DNA of 64,000 bases from Nemertoderma westbladi (lineage: Eukaryota > Animalia > Xenacoelomorpha), in NCBI GenBank assembly GCA_032718475.1, contig JAUCBJ010000528.1, forward strand, positions 12,381-76,380, given 5' to 3'. Position numbers and translations under genes: made by a program. Positions 37,500 to 48,594 of the stretch are shown here, piece by piece; position 1 is the first letter of the stretch; every line of letters begins with the position of its first letter. The notes beneath the pieces were generated by a model, which was not told the DNA's origin, did not search any database, and worked only from the letters and a program-made list of their open reading frames with translations.

Positions 37500-40400
37500 T
37501 TATTTCCTCAACCAACTTTGTAATCCAATCGACTCTAATGTCTTCCTTCCACCATCAGTTCCTCGTCTACTGATATCCTTCTTATAATCAACTTGTCTCT
37601 GCGGTACAACCTCTTCACTACTATCGCTATGTGCCAAATTACCATCTGAGTTACTTAAACTTTGGCGCGACCAGAGAAGCCTTGAAATAATGGGACCATC
37701 ACGAGTTCGTTTTATTGGTGGTTCTCTTGGAGACCGACTGTCTCTACTAATGTGTCTTGCAGGTCTCCTTGGACTGGGACTGTCTCTACTTCTGTTCCTT
37801 ACAGGTCTCCTTGGGCCGTGACTGTTTCTTACATGTCTCCTTTGACTGGGACTGTCTCTTCTGGATCTTACAGGTCTCCTTGGACTGCGACTGTCTCTAC
37901 TTCTGTTCCTTACAGGTCTCCTTGGGCCGTGACTGTGTCGTTCAGGTCTCCATGGACTGGGTCTGTCCCTACTACTGGGTCTTACACGTCTCCTTGGACT
38001 GGGACTGTCCCTTCTGTGTCTCAATGATCTCGTTGCACTGGGACTGTTTCTTCTAGGTCTCATTGGACTGGGACTGTCACTAGTACTGTGTCTTACAAGT
38101 CTCCTTAGACTGGGAGTATCTCCACTTCTGTTTCTTACACGTCTCCTTGGACTGGGACTATCTCCACGTTGGTTTCGTACAGGTCTCCCTGGACTGGGAC
38201 TATCTCCACTTTTGTTTCTTACAGGTCTCCTTGGACTGGGACTATCTCCACTTTTGTTTCTTACAGGTCTCCTTGGACTGGGACTATCTCCACTTCTGTT
38301 TCTTACAGGTCTCCTTGGACTGGGACTATCTCCACTTCTGTTTCTTACAGGTCTCCTTGGACTGGGACTATCTCCACTTTTGTTTCTTACAGGTCTCCTT
38401 GGACTGGGACTATCTCCACTTCTGTTTCTTACAGGTCTCCTTGGACTGGGACTATCTCCACTTTTGTTTCTTACAGGTCTCCTTGGACTGGGACTATCTC
38501 CACTTCGGTTTCTTACAGGTCTCCTTGGACTGGGACTGTCTCCACTTCTGTATTTCACTGGTCTCCTTGGACTCTGTATACTCTGATGTAACATATAGTT
38601 GTGAATGTCTCTATTACTTTGCCTTTGACTGACGTTATAGGAAGTTGTTTTGCAGCTATGGATATCATATCTACCCTGTGAAGTGGGACTATTTTCTGTA
38701 TCAGATACTTGCTTAAGAGAAGCGGTCCCGAGCATGCTTCTAGGAGTAAGAGTGCGACGTTTGGGACTGGGACTACCTCCACTGGTATAACTGGAACTAC
38801 TCACATTCCGCCTACTAGGGTAAGCTCTCTTTACATGAGTAGAAGGTTGCCTGGAACCTTGCAGATTAATACGACTTCTATTGGGTCTTAGTGTTATTAT
38901 AACCTCACTGAGAGAACTACTACTACTACTACTACTGCTTCTTCCCTCATCTGAACTTGGTATTGCTTCTCTGGAACACTGTTTAGTTCTTGACTCTATT
39001 CGCTTCCCGCTAGTTCGTGTTGCCATAGCAACCTTTCTGGCTGATAAATAATCAGCAACAAATTCTTCATGCAGCGGGACCCCAGATGATTCCACACTGT
39101 GCGGTGCTCTAGTGGATGTCCTTGGCAGCTGCCTCACAACTGCTCCTCGAGGACTACCCTCCTCATATGAACTAGAACTCGAATCATAAGAACTTTCCCT
39201 CCTTTGAATGGGAATTCCATCTTTTTGTGCTTTCAAACTTATTGTTTCCTTGTTTGCATTTATGTTGTTTCTTATTGGTCTTTCCTTAACTGGGATAGGC
39301 CTTGGACCTTTTTTTATCCACTTAGGACTTATCTCCCTCATTTGACCTACTTTGCCTCTAGGACTCATACAGTCCCTTCTAAGTCCCTCTCCAGAAATTC
39401 TTCTACGACTTCCACTGTCCCTCCTTTGTCTTTCTCTGCTAATTCTTCTAGGACTTCCACTGTCCCTCCTTTGTACTTCCCTTCCAATTCTTCTAGGACT
39501 TACACTGTCCCTCCTTTGTACTTCCCTTCCAATTCTTCTAGGACTTCCACTGTCCCTCCTTTGTACTTTCCTTCCAATTCTTCTAGGACTTCCACTGACC
39601 ATCATTTGCCTTTCTCTGCTAATTCTTCTAGGACTTACACTGTCCCTCCTTTGTACTTTCCTTCTAATTCTTATAGGACTTCCACTGTCCCTCCTTTGTC
39701 TTTCTCCGCAAATTCTTCTAGGACTTCCACTGACCCTCCTTTGTTTTTCTCTGCTAATTCTTCTAGGACTTACACTGACCCTCCTTTGTACTTCTCTGCT
39801 AATTATTCTAGGACTTACACTGACCCTCATTTGTACTTCTCTGCTAATTATTCTAGGACTTCCACGGTCCCTCCTTTGTCCTTCTCCGCAAATTATTCTA
39901 GGACTTCCACTGACCCTCCTTTGTACTTCTCTGCTAATTATTCTAGGACTTACACTGTCCCTCCTTTGTCTTTCTCTGCTAATTCTTCTAGGACTTACAC
40001 TATCACTCCTCTGTCTTTCACGGCTAATTCTTCTAGGACTTACACTGTCCCTTTGTCCTCCCCTGCCAGTTCTTCTTCTAGGACTTACACTGCCCCTCCT
40101 TTGTACTTCCCTTCCAATTCTTCTAGGACTTACACTGAGCCTCCTTTGTCTTTCTCTGCTAATTCTTCTAGGACTTACACTGTCCCTCCTTTGTACTTCC
40201 CTTCCAATTCTTCTAGGACTTACACTGTCCATCCTTTGTCTTTCTCTGCTAATTCTTCTAGGACTTCCACTGCCCCTCCTTTGTACTTCCCTTCCAATTC
40301 TTCTAGGAATTCCACTGACCCTTCTTTGTCTTTCTCTGCTAATTCTTCTAGGACTTCCACTGTCCCTCCTTTGTACTTCCCTTCCAATTCTTCTAGGACT

Positions 40401-42609
40401 TACACTGACCCTCCTTTGTACATCTCTGCTAATTATTCTAGGACTTCCATGGTCCCTCCTTTGTCCTTCTCCGCAAATTCTTCTAGGACTTCCACTGACC
40501 CTCCTTTGTCTTTCTCTGCTAATTCTTCTAGGACTTACACTGTCCCTCCTTTGTCTTTCTCTGCCAATTCTTCGAGGATTTACACTGTCCTTCCTTTGTA
40601 TTTCTCTGCCAATTCTTCTAGGACTTCCACTGCCCCTCCTTTGTATTTCCCTTCCAATTCGTCTAGGACTTCCACTGACCTTCCTTTGTATTTCTCTGCT
40701 AATTCTTCTAGGACTTACACTGTCCCTATCCCTCCTTTGTACTTCCCTTCCAATTCTTCTAGGACTTACACTATCCCTCCTTTGTCTTTCTCTGCTAATT
40801 TGTCTAGGACTTCCACTGTCCCTCCTTTGTACTTCCCTTCCAATTCTTCTAGGACTTACACTGTCCCTCCTTTGTCTTTCTCTGCTAATTATTCTAGGAC
40901 TTACACTGTCCCTCCTTTGTACTTCCCTTCCAATTCTTCTAGGACTTACACTGTCCCTCCTTTGTACTTCCCTTCCGATTCTTCTAGGACTTCCACTGTC
41001 CCTCCTTTGTCTTTCACTGCTAATTCTTCTAGGACTTACACTGTCCCTCCTTTGTACTTCCCTTCCAATTCTTCTAGGACTTCCACTGTCCCTCCTTTGT
41101 ACTTCCCTTCCAATTCTTCTAGGACTTACACTGACCCTCCTTTGTACTTCCCTTCCAATTCTTCTAGGACTTACACTGACCCTCCTTTGTACTTCTCTGC
41201 TAATTATTCTAGGACTTCCATGTTCCCTCCGTTGTTCTCCTCCGGAAATTCTTCTAGGACTTCCACTGACCCTCCTTTGACTTTCTCTGCTAATTCTTCT
41301 AGGACTTACACTGTCCCTCCTTTGTCTTTCTCTGCCAATTCTTCTAGGGCTTACACTGTCCTTCCTTTGTATTTCTCTGCTAATTCTTCTAGGACTTACA
41401 CTGACCTTCCTTAGTATTTCTCTGCCAGTTCTTCTAGGACTTACACTGTCCCTCCTTTGTCTTTCTCTGTTAATTCTTCTAGGACTTACACTATCCCTCC
41501 TTTGTCTTTCTCTGCTAATTCTTCTATGACTTACACTGACTCTCCTTTGTCTTTCTCTGCTAATTCCTCTAGGACTTACACTGTCCCTCCTTTGTCTTTC
41601 TCTGCTAATTCTTCTAGGACTTACACTGTCCCTCCTTTGTACTTCCCTTCCAATTCTTCTAGGACTTACACTGTCCCTCCTTTGTACTTCCCTTCCAATT
41701 CTTCTAGGACTTACACTGTCCCTCCTTTGTACTTCCCTTCCAATTCTTCTAGGACTTACACTGTCCCTCCTTTGTACTTCCCTTCCAATTCTTCTAGGAC
41801 TTCCACTGTCCCTCCTTTGTCTTTCACTGCTAATTCTTCTAGGACTTACACTGTCCCTCCTTTGTACTTCCCTTCCAATTCTTCTAGGACTTACACTGTC
41901 CCTCCTTTGTACTTCCCTTCCAATTCTTCTAGGACTTACACTGTCCCTCCTTTGTACTTCCCTTCCAATTCTTCTAGGACTTCCACTGTCCCTCCTTTGT
42001 CTTTCACTGCTAATTCTTCTAGGACTTACACTGTCCCTCCTTTGTACTTCCCTTCCAATTCTTCTAGGACTTACACTGTCCCTCCTTTGTCCTTCTCTGC
42101 TAATTCTTATAGGACTTACACTGTCCCTCCTTTGTACTTCCCTTCCAATTCTTCTAGGACTTCCACTGTCCCTCCTTTGTCTTTCTCTGCTAATTCTTCT
42201 AGGACTTCCACTGTCTCTTCTTTGTCCTTCCCTACCAATTCTCCTAGGACTTACACTGTCCCTCCTGTCTGATCTATCCCGATTTCCAGCAGACCTCGAA
42301 CCGAGGTTGTTTGCCAGATTACGGATCCTTTCGGTTTTACCCTCTGTGTGTTGGCTTCCACTGCTATTCGGTCCATCTTCTTTCCCTACATCGCGACCTC
42401 TGATTGGCTGCCCGATCGGCTGCTTGGCAACCAGAGACGGGGGAGTCCTGTTTCTACACCGTTTCAGTTCATTAGTAGTCGTCGTTCTGTGTCTACTCAC
42501 AATCTCGTTAGAGTTTGTTTGCTCTTTAGCTTCCTCTTCGGCGAATTCTTCGCTCTTGGAATCAGCCAGAAGCTTCTCCAGTAATTTTGCTGTTTTCTCT
42601 TTGTCTCCC
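37500..42609 (-). CDS. TTC14: TTC14 terminal exon: ~1700-aa Ser/Arg-rich repetitive tail
   Basis: Acceptor ttgtttAG|G at 42610/42609. The phase-2 join (AA|G = Lys) puts the previous exon in frame with GDKEKTAKLLEKLL. Open for 5.1 kb to TAA at 37500. Vertebrate TTC14 also ends in a Ser/Arg-rich low-complexity tail. Confidence 0.78.
37730..38575 (-). repeat. Coding 42-bp repeat (PSPRRPVRN[R/K]SGDS)
   Basis: Periodic GGTCTCCTTGGACTGGGACTATCTCCACTT on the + strand. Confidence 0.93.
39355..42270 (-). repeat. Coding 45-bp repeat (RRDSVSPRRIGREVQ), ~65 units
   Basis: Unit TACACTGTCCCTCCTTTGTACTTCCCTTCCAATTCTTCTAGGACT; minus-strand frame stays open throughout. Confidence 0.95.
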
Positions 42610-42768
42610 CTAAACAAATTTTAAGTTTATTGCAAATACATTATAACTAATTATTATACATTGGAAAAAAAGTTTCCCACCAGGCAATAAGTGGAATTTT
42701 GGAAAACACCTAAAAACGGTGACAACACTCAGCCACAGACAAAAATAGCCACAAACAATGTGAATAAG

Positions 42769-42949
42769 AGTAGGTCGCAGTCTTAAAAGTAATTCTGCCA
42801 AGTTTCAGCTCCGGATATTGACGGCAAGTCACAGGAAAACAGTCAACGCCTGTGGACAATTAATACTCGGTTTAACTGTTTTTCCTACGACTTGCCGCGA
42901 TATTTTGAGCCGTAATTTGGCAGAATTACTTTTATGACTGCGAACTACT
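42769..42949. mobile_element. Hairpin/MITE-like element with ~78-bp imperfect inverted arms, in the last TTC14 intron
   Basis: AGTAGGTCGCAGTCTTAAAAGTAATTCTGCCAAG... vs reverse complement of the right arm AGTAGTTCGCAGTCATAAAAGTAATTCTGCCAAA... Confidence 0.8.
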
Positions 42950-43181
42950 GTTAGTTATTTGTGACCATTTTTAATTAATGAATTTATTGATATTTACGTA
43001 TAGAACCAACAGCTACTCAAATACTAAACCATAAGTACAGTTATGATGAGTAGTGAGAGTTTAGTTAGACTTCTTGCTACACATAATAGTGAGCATTTGG
43101 AGCATCCCAATCTCTCGTAGCCCACTATTGCGGAAACTTAGTGAGTAAATATATCGTTACAAACGATACTCCGGGACTTAC

Positions 43182-43369
43182 TTTGATTCGCTACGGAGTA
43201 ACATGTAGAGTTTCTCTGCCGACAATGTTGCCCTGCCATCTTGCGGTGGTTGTTGGCAGTTGTTTTTGAGTTGTTCAGTAACATCGTTGGCCGTTGGATT
43301 TCCTTTCAACTCGTTGTCGGTCTGAATGTCTGTTTGTCTGGGTTTAAAGGGCCGAACAGTAGCGGCGCT
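43182..43369 (-). CDS. TTC14: TTC14 internal exon (SAATVRPF...TLSAEKLYMLLRSESK)
   Basis: Acceptor ttcctttgcaAG|AGC, donor AA|GTAAGT, 188 bp (phase 0 to 2). SAEKLYMLL resembles TTC14 SAEKLRKLL. Confidence 0.8.
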
Positions 43370-43415
43370 CTTGCAAAGGAATAAAATAAGAAAACAAGAA
43401 CAAAATGTTACACAC

Positions 43416-43630
43416 ATGGTACAAAAATGGTACAAAAACTGGTACAAAAATGGTACAAAAACTGGTGCAAAAATAGTATAAATACTGGTACAAAAAGTGG
43501 TACAAAAACTGGTGCAAAAATAGTATAAATACTGGTACAAAACTGGTACAAAAAGTGGTACAAAAATGGTACAAAAAGTGGTACAAAAATGGTACAAAAA
43601 CTGGTACAAAAATGGTACAAAACTGGTACA
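43416..43630. repeat. 11-12-bp minisatellite (TGGTACAAAAA) next to the intron 3' end
   Basis: Directly visible. Confidence 0.9.
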
Positions 43631-43723
43631 CAGCGCCATTAGGTATCAGGACAAAATTAATATAAGAGCTCGAGTATTTAGACTTCAGTCCACAACTGAA
43701 CTCCAGTTGGGTTCGAACTCGCG

Positions 43724-45138
43724 ACATTGTTTATATACACTGTACAGGTACACTAACCCTGATCTTAGACTTTACATTAGCCAGTAACTCCAGACATTGT
43801 TTATATACACTGTACAGGTACACTAACCCTGAGATCTTAGACTTTACATTAGCCAGTAACTCCAGACATTGTTTATATACACTGTACAGGTACACTAACC
43901 CTGAGATCTTAGACTTTACATTAGCCAGTAACTCCAGACATTGTTTATATACACTGTACAGGTACACTAACCCTGATCTTAGACTTTACATTAGCCAGTA
44001 ACTCCAGACATTGTTTATATACACTGTACAGGTACACTAACCCTGAGATCTTAGACTTTACATTAGCCAGTAACTCCAGACATTGTTTATATACACTGTA
44101 CAGGTACACTAACCCTGATCTTAGACTTTACATTAGCCAGTAACTCCAGACATTGTTTATATACACTGTACAAGTACACTAACCCTGATCTTAGACTTTA
44201 CATTAGCCAGTAACTCCAGACATTGTTTATATACACTGTACAGGTACACTAACCCTGATCTTAGACTTTACATTAGCCAGTAACTCCAGACATTGTTTAT
44301 ATACACTGTACAGGTACACTAACCCTGATCTTAGACTTTACATTAGCCAGTAACTCCAGACATTGTTTATATACACTGTACAGGTACACTAACCCTGATC
44401 TTAGACTTTACATTAGCCAGTAACTCCAGACATTGTTTATATACACTGTACAGGTACACTAACCCTGATCTTAGACTTTACATTAGCCAGTAACTCCAGA
44501 CATTGTTTATATACACTGTACAGGTACACTAACCCTGATCTTAGACTTTACGTTAGCCAGTAACTCCAGACATTGTTTATATACACTGTACAGGTACACT
44601 AACCCTGATCTTAGACTTTACATTAGCCAGTAACTCCAGACATTGTTTATATACACTGTACAGGTACACTAACCCTGATCTTAGACTTTACATTAGCCAG
44701 TAACTCCAGACATTGTTTATATACACTGTACAGGTACACTAACCCTGATCTTAGACTTTACATTAGCCAGTAACTCCAGACATTGTTTATATACACTGTA
44801 CAGGTACACTAACCCTGATCTTAGACTTTACATTAGCCAGTAACTCCAGACATTGTTTATATACACTGTACAGGTACACTAACCCTGATCTTAGACTTTA
44901 CATTAGCCAGTAACTCCAGACATTGTTTATATACACTGTACAGGTACACTAACCCTGATCTTAGACTTTACATTAGCCAGTAACTCCAGACATTGTTTAT
45001 ATACACTGTACAGGTACACTAACCCTGATCTTAGACTTTACATTAGCCAGTAACTCCAGACATTGTTTATATACACTGTACAGGTACACTAACCCCGATC
45101 TTAGACTTTACATTAGCCAGTAACTCCAGACATTGTTT
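43724..45138 (-). repeat. 70-bp tandem array (~20 copies) = last 45 nt of TTC14 exon plus first 25 nt of intron
   Basis: Sense unit AAACAATGTCTGGAGTTACTGGCTAATGTAAAGTCTAAGATCAGG|GTTAGTGTACCTGTACAGTGTATAT. Confidence 0.95.
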
Positions 45139-45211
45139 GTGCTCTGGCTGCAATGCGAGCCCCTTTAGCCACTGTCTCTCAGCTCTATCGTATTTCCCAT
45201 CGGTTTGTTCG
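45094..45211 (-). CDS. TTC14: TTC14 TPR exon (R EQTDGKYDRAERQWLKGLALQPEHKQCLELLANVKSKIG); not in the ORF track
   Basis: Acceptor ttcgtttAG|C, donor GGG|GTTAGT, 118 bp (phase 2 to 0). Corresponds to TTC14 [20 protein letters not shown]. Confidence 0.85.
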
Positions 45212-45343
45212 CTAAACGAAATAAATTATATAAAATCAACCGAAATAAGAGTAGAAAGTTGAGTAACAATTATTTCATCATTTATCGCGATATTAGAAAA
45301 AGTATTATTAAGGAATTTAATAGCGAAACAAAAAGTAAATGTA

Positions 45344-48300
45344 AGGACGCCATCTAGCGTGTATTATTAATATCAGTATAATTTAGGTGACGTGATTTAA
45401 AATGCCAGCCACTTCCGTTTCGAGTCAGTATATAACAATTGTGGTATCGATGAACGCAAGAGTAAGTATTATCGCTACCTCGGTTTATAAATAGCGATAA
45501 ACTCCCGAAACAATTTCAGCTGTGGGAGAATCTGTAACGCATAAATACGGTACGCAGTAAGTAACGCAGTACCATCTCAAAACAAACTCAATATATCTGT
45601 AACGCAGTAAGTAACGCAGTACCATCTCAAAACAAACTCAACATATCTGTAACGCAGTAAGTAACGCAGTACCATCTCAAAACAAACTCAACATATCTGT
45701 AACGCAGTAAGTAACGCAGTACCATACTCAAAACAAACTCAACATATCTGTAACGCAGTAAGTAACGCAGTACCATCTCAAAACAAACTCAACATATCTG
45801 TAACGCAGTAAGTAACGCAGTACCATCTCAAAACAAACTCAACATATCTGTAACGCAGTAAGTAACGCAGTACCATCTCAAAACAAACTCAACATATCTG
45901 TAACGCAGTAAGTAACGCAGTACCATCTCAAAACAAACTCAACATATCTGTAACGCAGTAAGTAACGCAGTACCATCTCAAAACAAACTCAACATATCTG
46001 TAACGCAGTAAGTAACGCAGTACCATCTCAAAACAAACTCAACATATCTGTAACGCAGTAAGTAACGCAGTACCATACTCAAAACAAACTCAACATATCT
46101 GTAACGCAGTAAGTAACGCAGTACCATCTCAAAACAAACTCAACATATCTGTAACGCAGTAAGTAACGCAGTACCATCTCAAAACAAACTCAACATATCT
46201 GTAACGCAGTAAGTAACGCAGTACCATCTCAAAACAAACTCAACATATCTGTAACGCAGTAAGTAACGCAGTACCATCTCAAAACAAACTCAACATATCT
46301 GTAACGCAGTAAGTAACGCAGTACCATCTCAAAACAAACTCAACATATCTGTAACGCAGTAAGTAACGCAGTACCATACTCAAAACAAACTCAACATATC
46401 TGTAACGCAGTAAGTAACGCAGTACCATCTCAAAACAAACTCAACATATCTGTAACGCAGTAAGTAACGCAGTACCATCTCAAAACAAACTCAACATATC
46501 TGTAACGCAGTAAGTAACGCAGTACCATACTCAAAACAAACTCAACATATCTGTAACGCAGTAAGTAACGCAGTACCATCTCAAAACAAACTCAACATAT
46601 CTGTAACGCAGTAAGTAACGCAGTACCATCTCAAAACAAACTCAACATATCTGTAACGCAGTAAGTAACGCAGTACCATACTCAAAACAAACTCAACATA
46701 TCTGTAACGCAGTAAGTAACGCAGTACCATCTCAAAACAAACTCAACATATCTGTAACGCAGTAAGTAACGCAGTACCATACTCAAAACAAACTCAATAT
46801 ATCTGTAACGCAGTAAGTAACGCAGTACCATCTCAAAACAAACTCAACATATCTGTAACGCAGTAAGTAACGCAGTACCATACTCAAAACAAACTCAACA
46901 TATCTGTAACGCAGTAAGTAACGCAGTACCATACTCAAAACAAACTCAACATATCTGTAACGCAGTAAGTAACGCAGTACCATACTCAAAACAAACTCAA
47001 CATATCTGTAACGCAGTAAGTAACGCAGTACCATCTCAAAACAAACTCAACATATCTGTAACGCAGTAAGTAACGCAGTACCATCTCAAAACAAACTCAA
47101 CATATCTGTAACGCAGTAAGTAACGCAGTACCATCTCAAAACAAACTCAACATATCTGTAACGCAGTAAGTAACGCAGTACCATCTCAAATCAAACTCAA
47201 CATATCTGTAACGCAGTAAGTAACGCAGTACCATCTCAAAACAAACTCAACATATCTGTAACGCAGTAAGTAACGCAGTACCATCTCAAAACAAACTCAA
47301 CATATCTGTAACGCAGTAAGTAACGCAGTACCATACTCAAAACAAACTCAACATATCTGTAACGCAGTAAGTAACGCAGTACCATACTCAAAACAAACTC
47401 AACATATCTGTAACGCAGTAAGTAACGCAGTACCATACTCAAAACAAACTCAACATATCTGTAACGCAGTAAGTAACGCAGTACCATACTCAAAACAAAC
47501 TCAACATATCTGTAACGCAGTAAGTAACGCAGTACCATACTCAAAACAAACTCAACATATCTGTAACGCAGTAAGTAACGCAGTACCATACTCAAAACAA
47601 ACTCAACATATCTGTAACGCAGTAAGTAACGCAGTACCATACTCAAAACAAACTCAACATATCTGTAACGCAGTAAGTAACGCAGTACCATACTCAAAAC
47701 AAACTCAACATATCTGTAACGCAGTAAGTAACGCAGTACCATACTCAAAACAAACTCAACATATCTGTAACGCAGTAAGTAACGCAGTACCATACTCAAA
47801 ACAAACTCAACATATCTGTAACGCAGTAAGTAACGCAGTACCATCTCAAAACAAACTCAACATATCTGTAACGCAGTAAGTAACGCAGTACCATACTCAA
47901 AACAAACTCAACATATCTGTAACGCAGTAAGTAACGCAGTACCATACTCAAAACAAACTCAACATATCTGTAACGCAGTAAGTAACGCAGTACCATACTC
48001 AAAACAAACTCAACGTATCTGTAACGCAGTAAGTAACGCAGTACCATCTCAAAACAAACTCAACATATCTGTAACGCAGTAAGGAACGCAGTACCATCTC
48101 AAAACAAACTCAACATATCTGTAACGCAGTAAGTAACGCAGTACCATCTCAAAACAAACTCAACATATCTGTAACGCAGTAAGTAACGCAGTACCATCTC
48201 AAAACAAACTCAACATATCTGTAACGCAGTAAGTAACGCAGTACCATCTCAAAACAAACTCAACATATCTGTAACGCAGTAAGTAACGCAGTACCATCTC

Positions 48301-48594
48301 AAAACAAACTCAACATATCTGTAACGCAGTAAGTAACGCAGTACCATCTCAAAACAAACTCAACATATCTGATGTCATCTGGATTTTGGTGAGAGCCAAT
48401 TTAATAATAAAACCGACAGAAATCTGTAATATTAGAATAATATCTTTAACAAAAACCTGCCGCACTAACAAGTTATATAAATATGATTCCGATACCACAA
48501 TCTTTATATACTGACAAAAACGGAAGTGGCTGACATTTTGAATGACGTCACCTAAATTATACAGATATCGATAATACACGCTAGTTGGCGTCCT
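45344..48594. mobile_element. Non-autonomous DNA transposon with ~105-bp TIRs enclosing a 50-bp satellite
   Basis: 45344-45449 AGGACGCCATCTAGCGTGTATTATTAATATCAGTATAATTTAGGTGACGTG...CAGCCACTTCCGTTT...TTGTGGTATCG matches the reverse complement of 48490-48594 with scattered mismatches. No exact TSD (TAA vs TAC). Confidence 0.88.
45531..48371. repeat. 50/51-bp satellite, ~56 copies (AACATATCTGTAACGCAGTAAGTAACGCAGTACCATCTCAAAACAAACTC)
   Basis: Directly visible; internal GTAACGCAGTA x2 substructure. Confidence 0.98.

Noticed and set aside
39204-42272. + strand Leu-rich and Ser/Pro-rich ORFs
   Set aside because: Antisense shadows of the 45-bp coding repeat; they are broken by stops while the minus frame is continuous and splice-linked.
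46783-48047. (MVLRYLLRYRYVEFVLS)n ORFs
   Set aside because: Runs of the 51-bp satellite variant; the frame breaks at every 50-bp unit.
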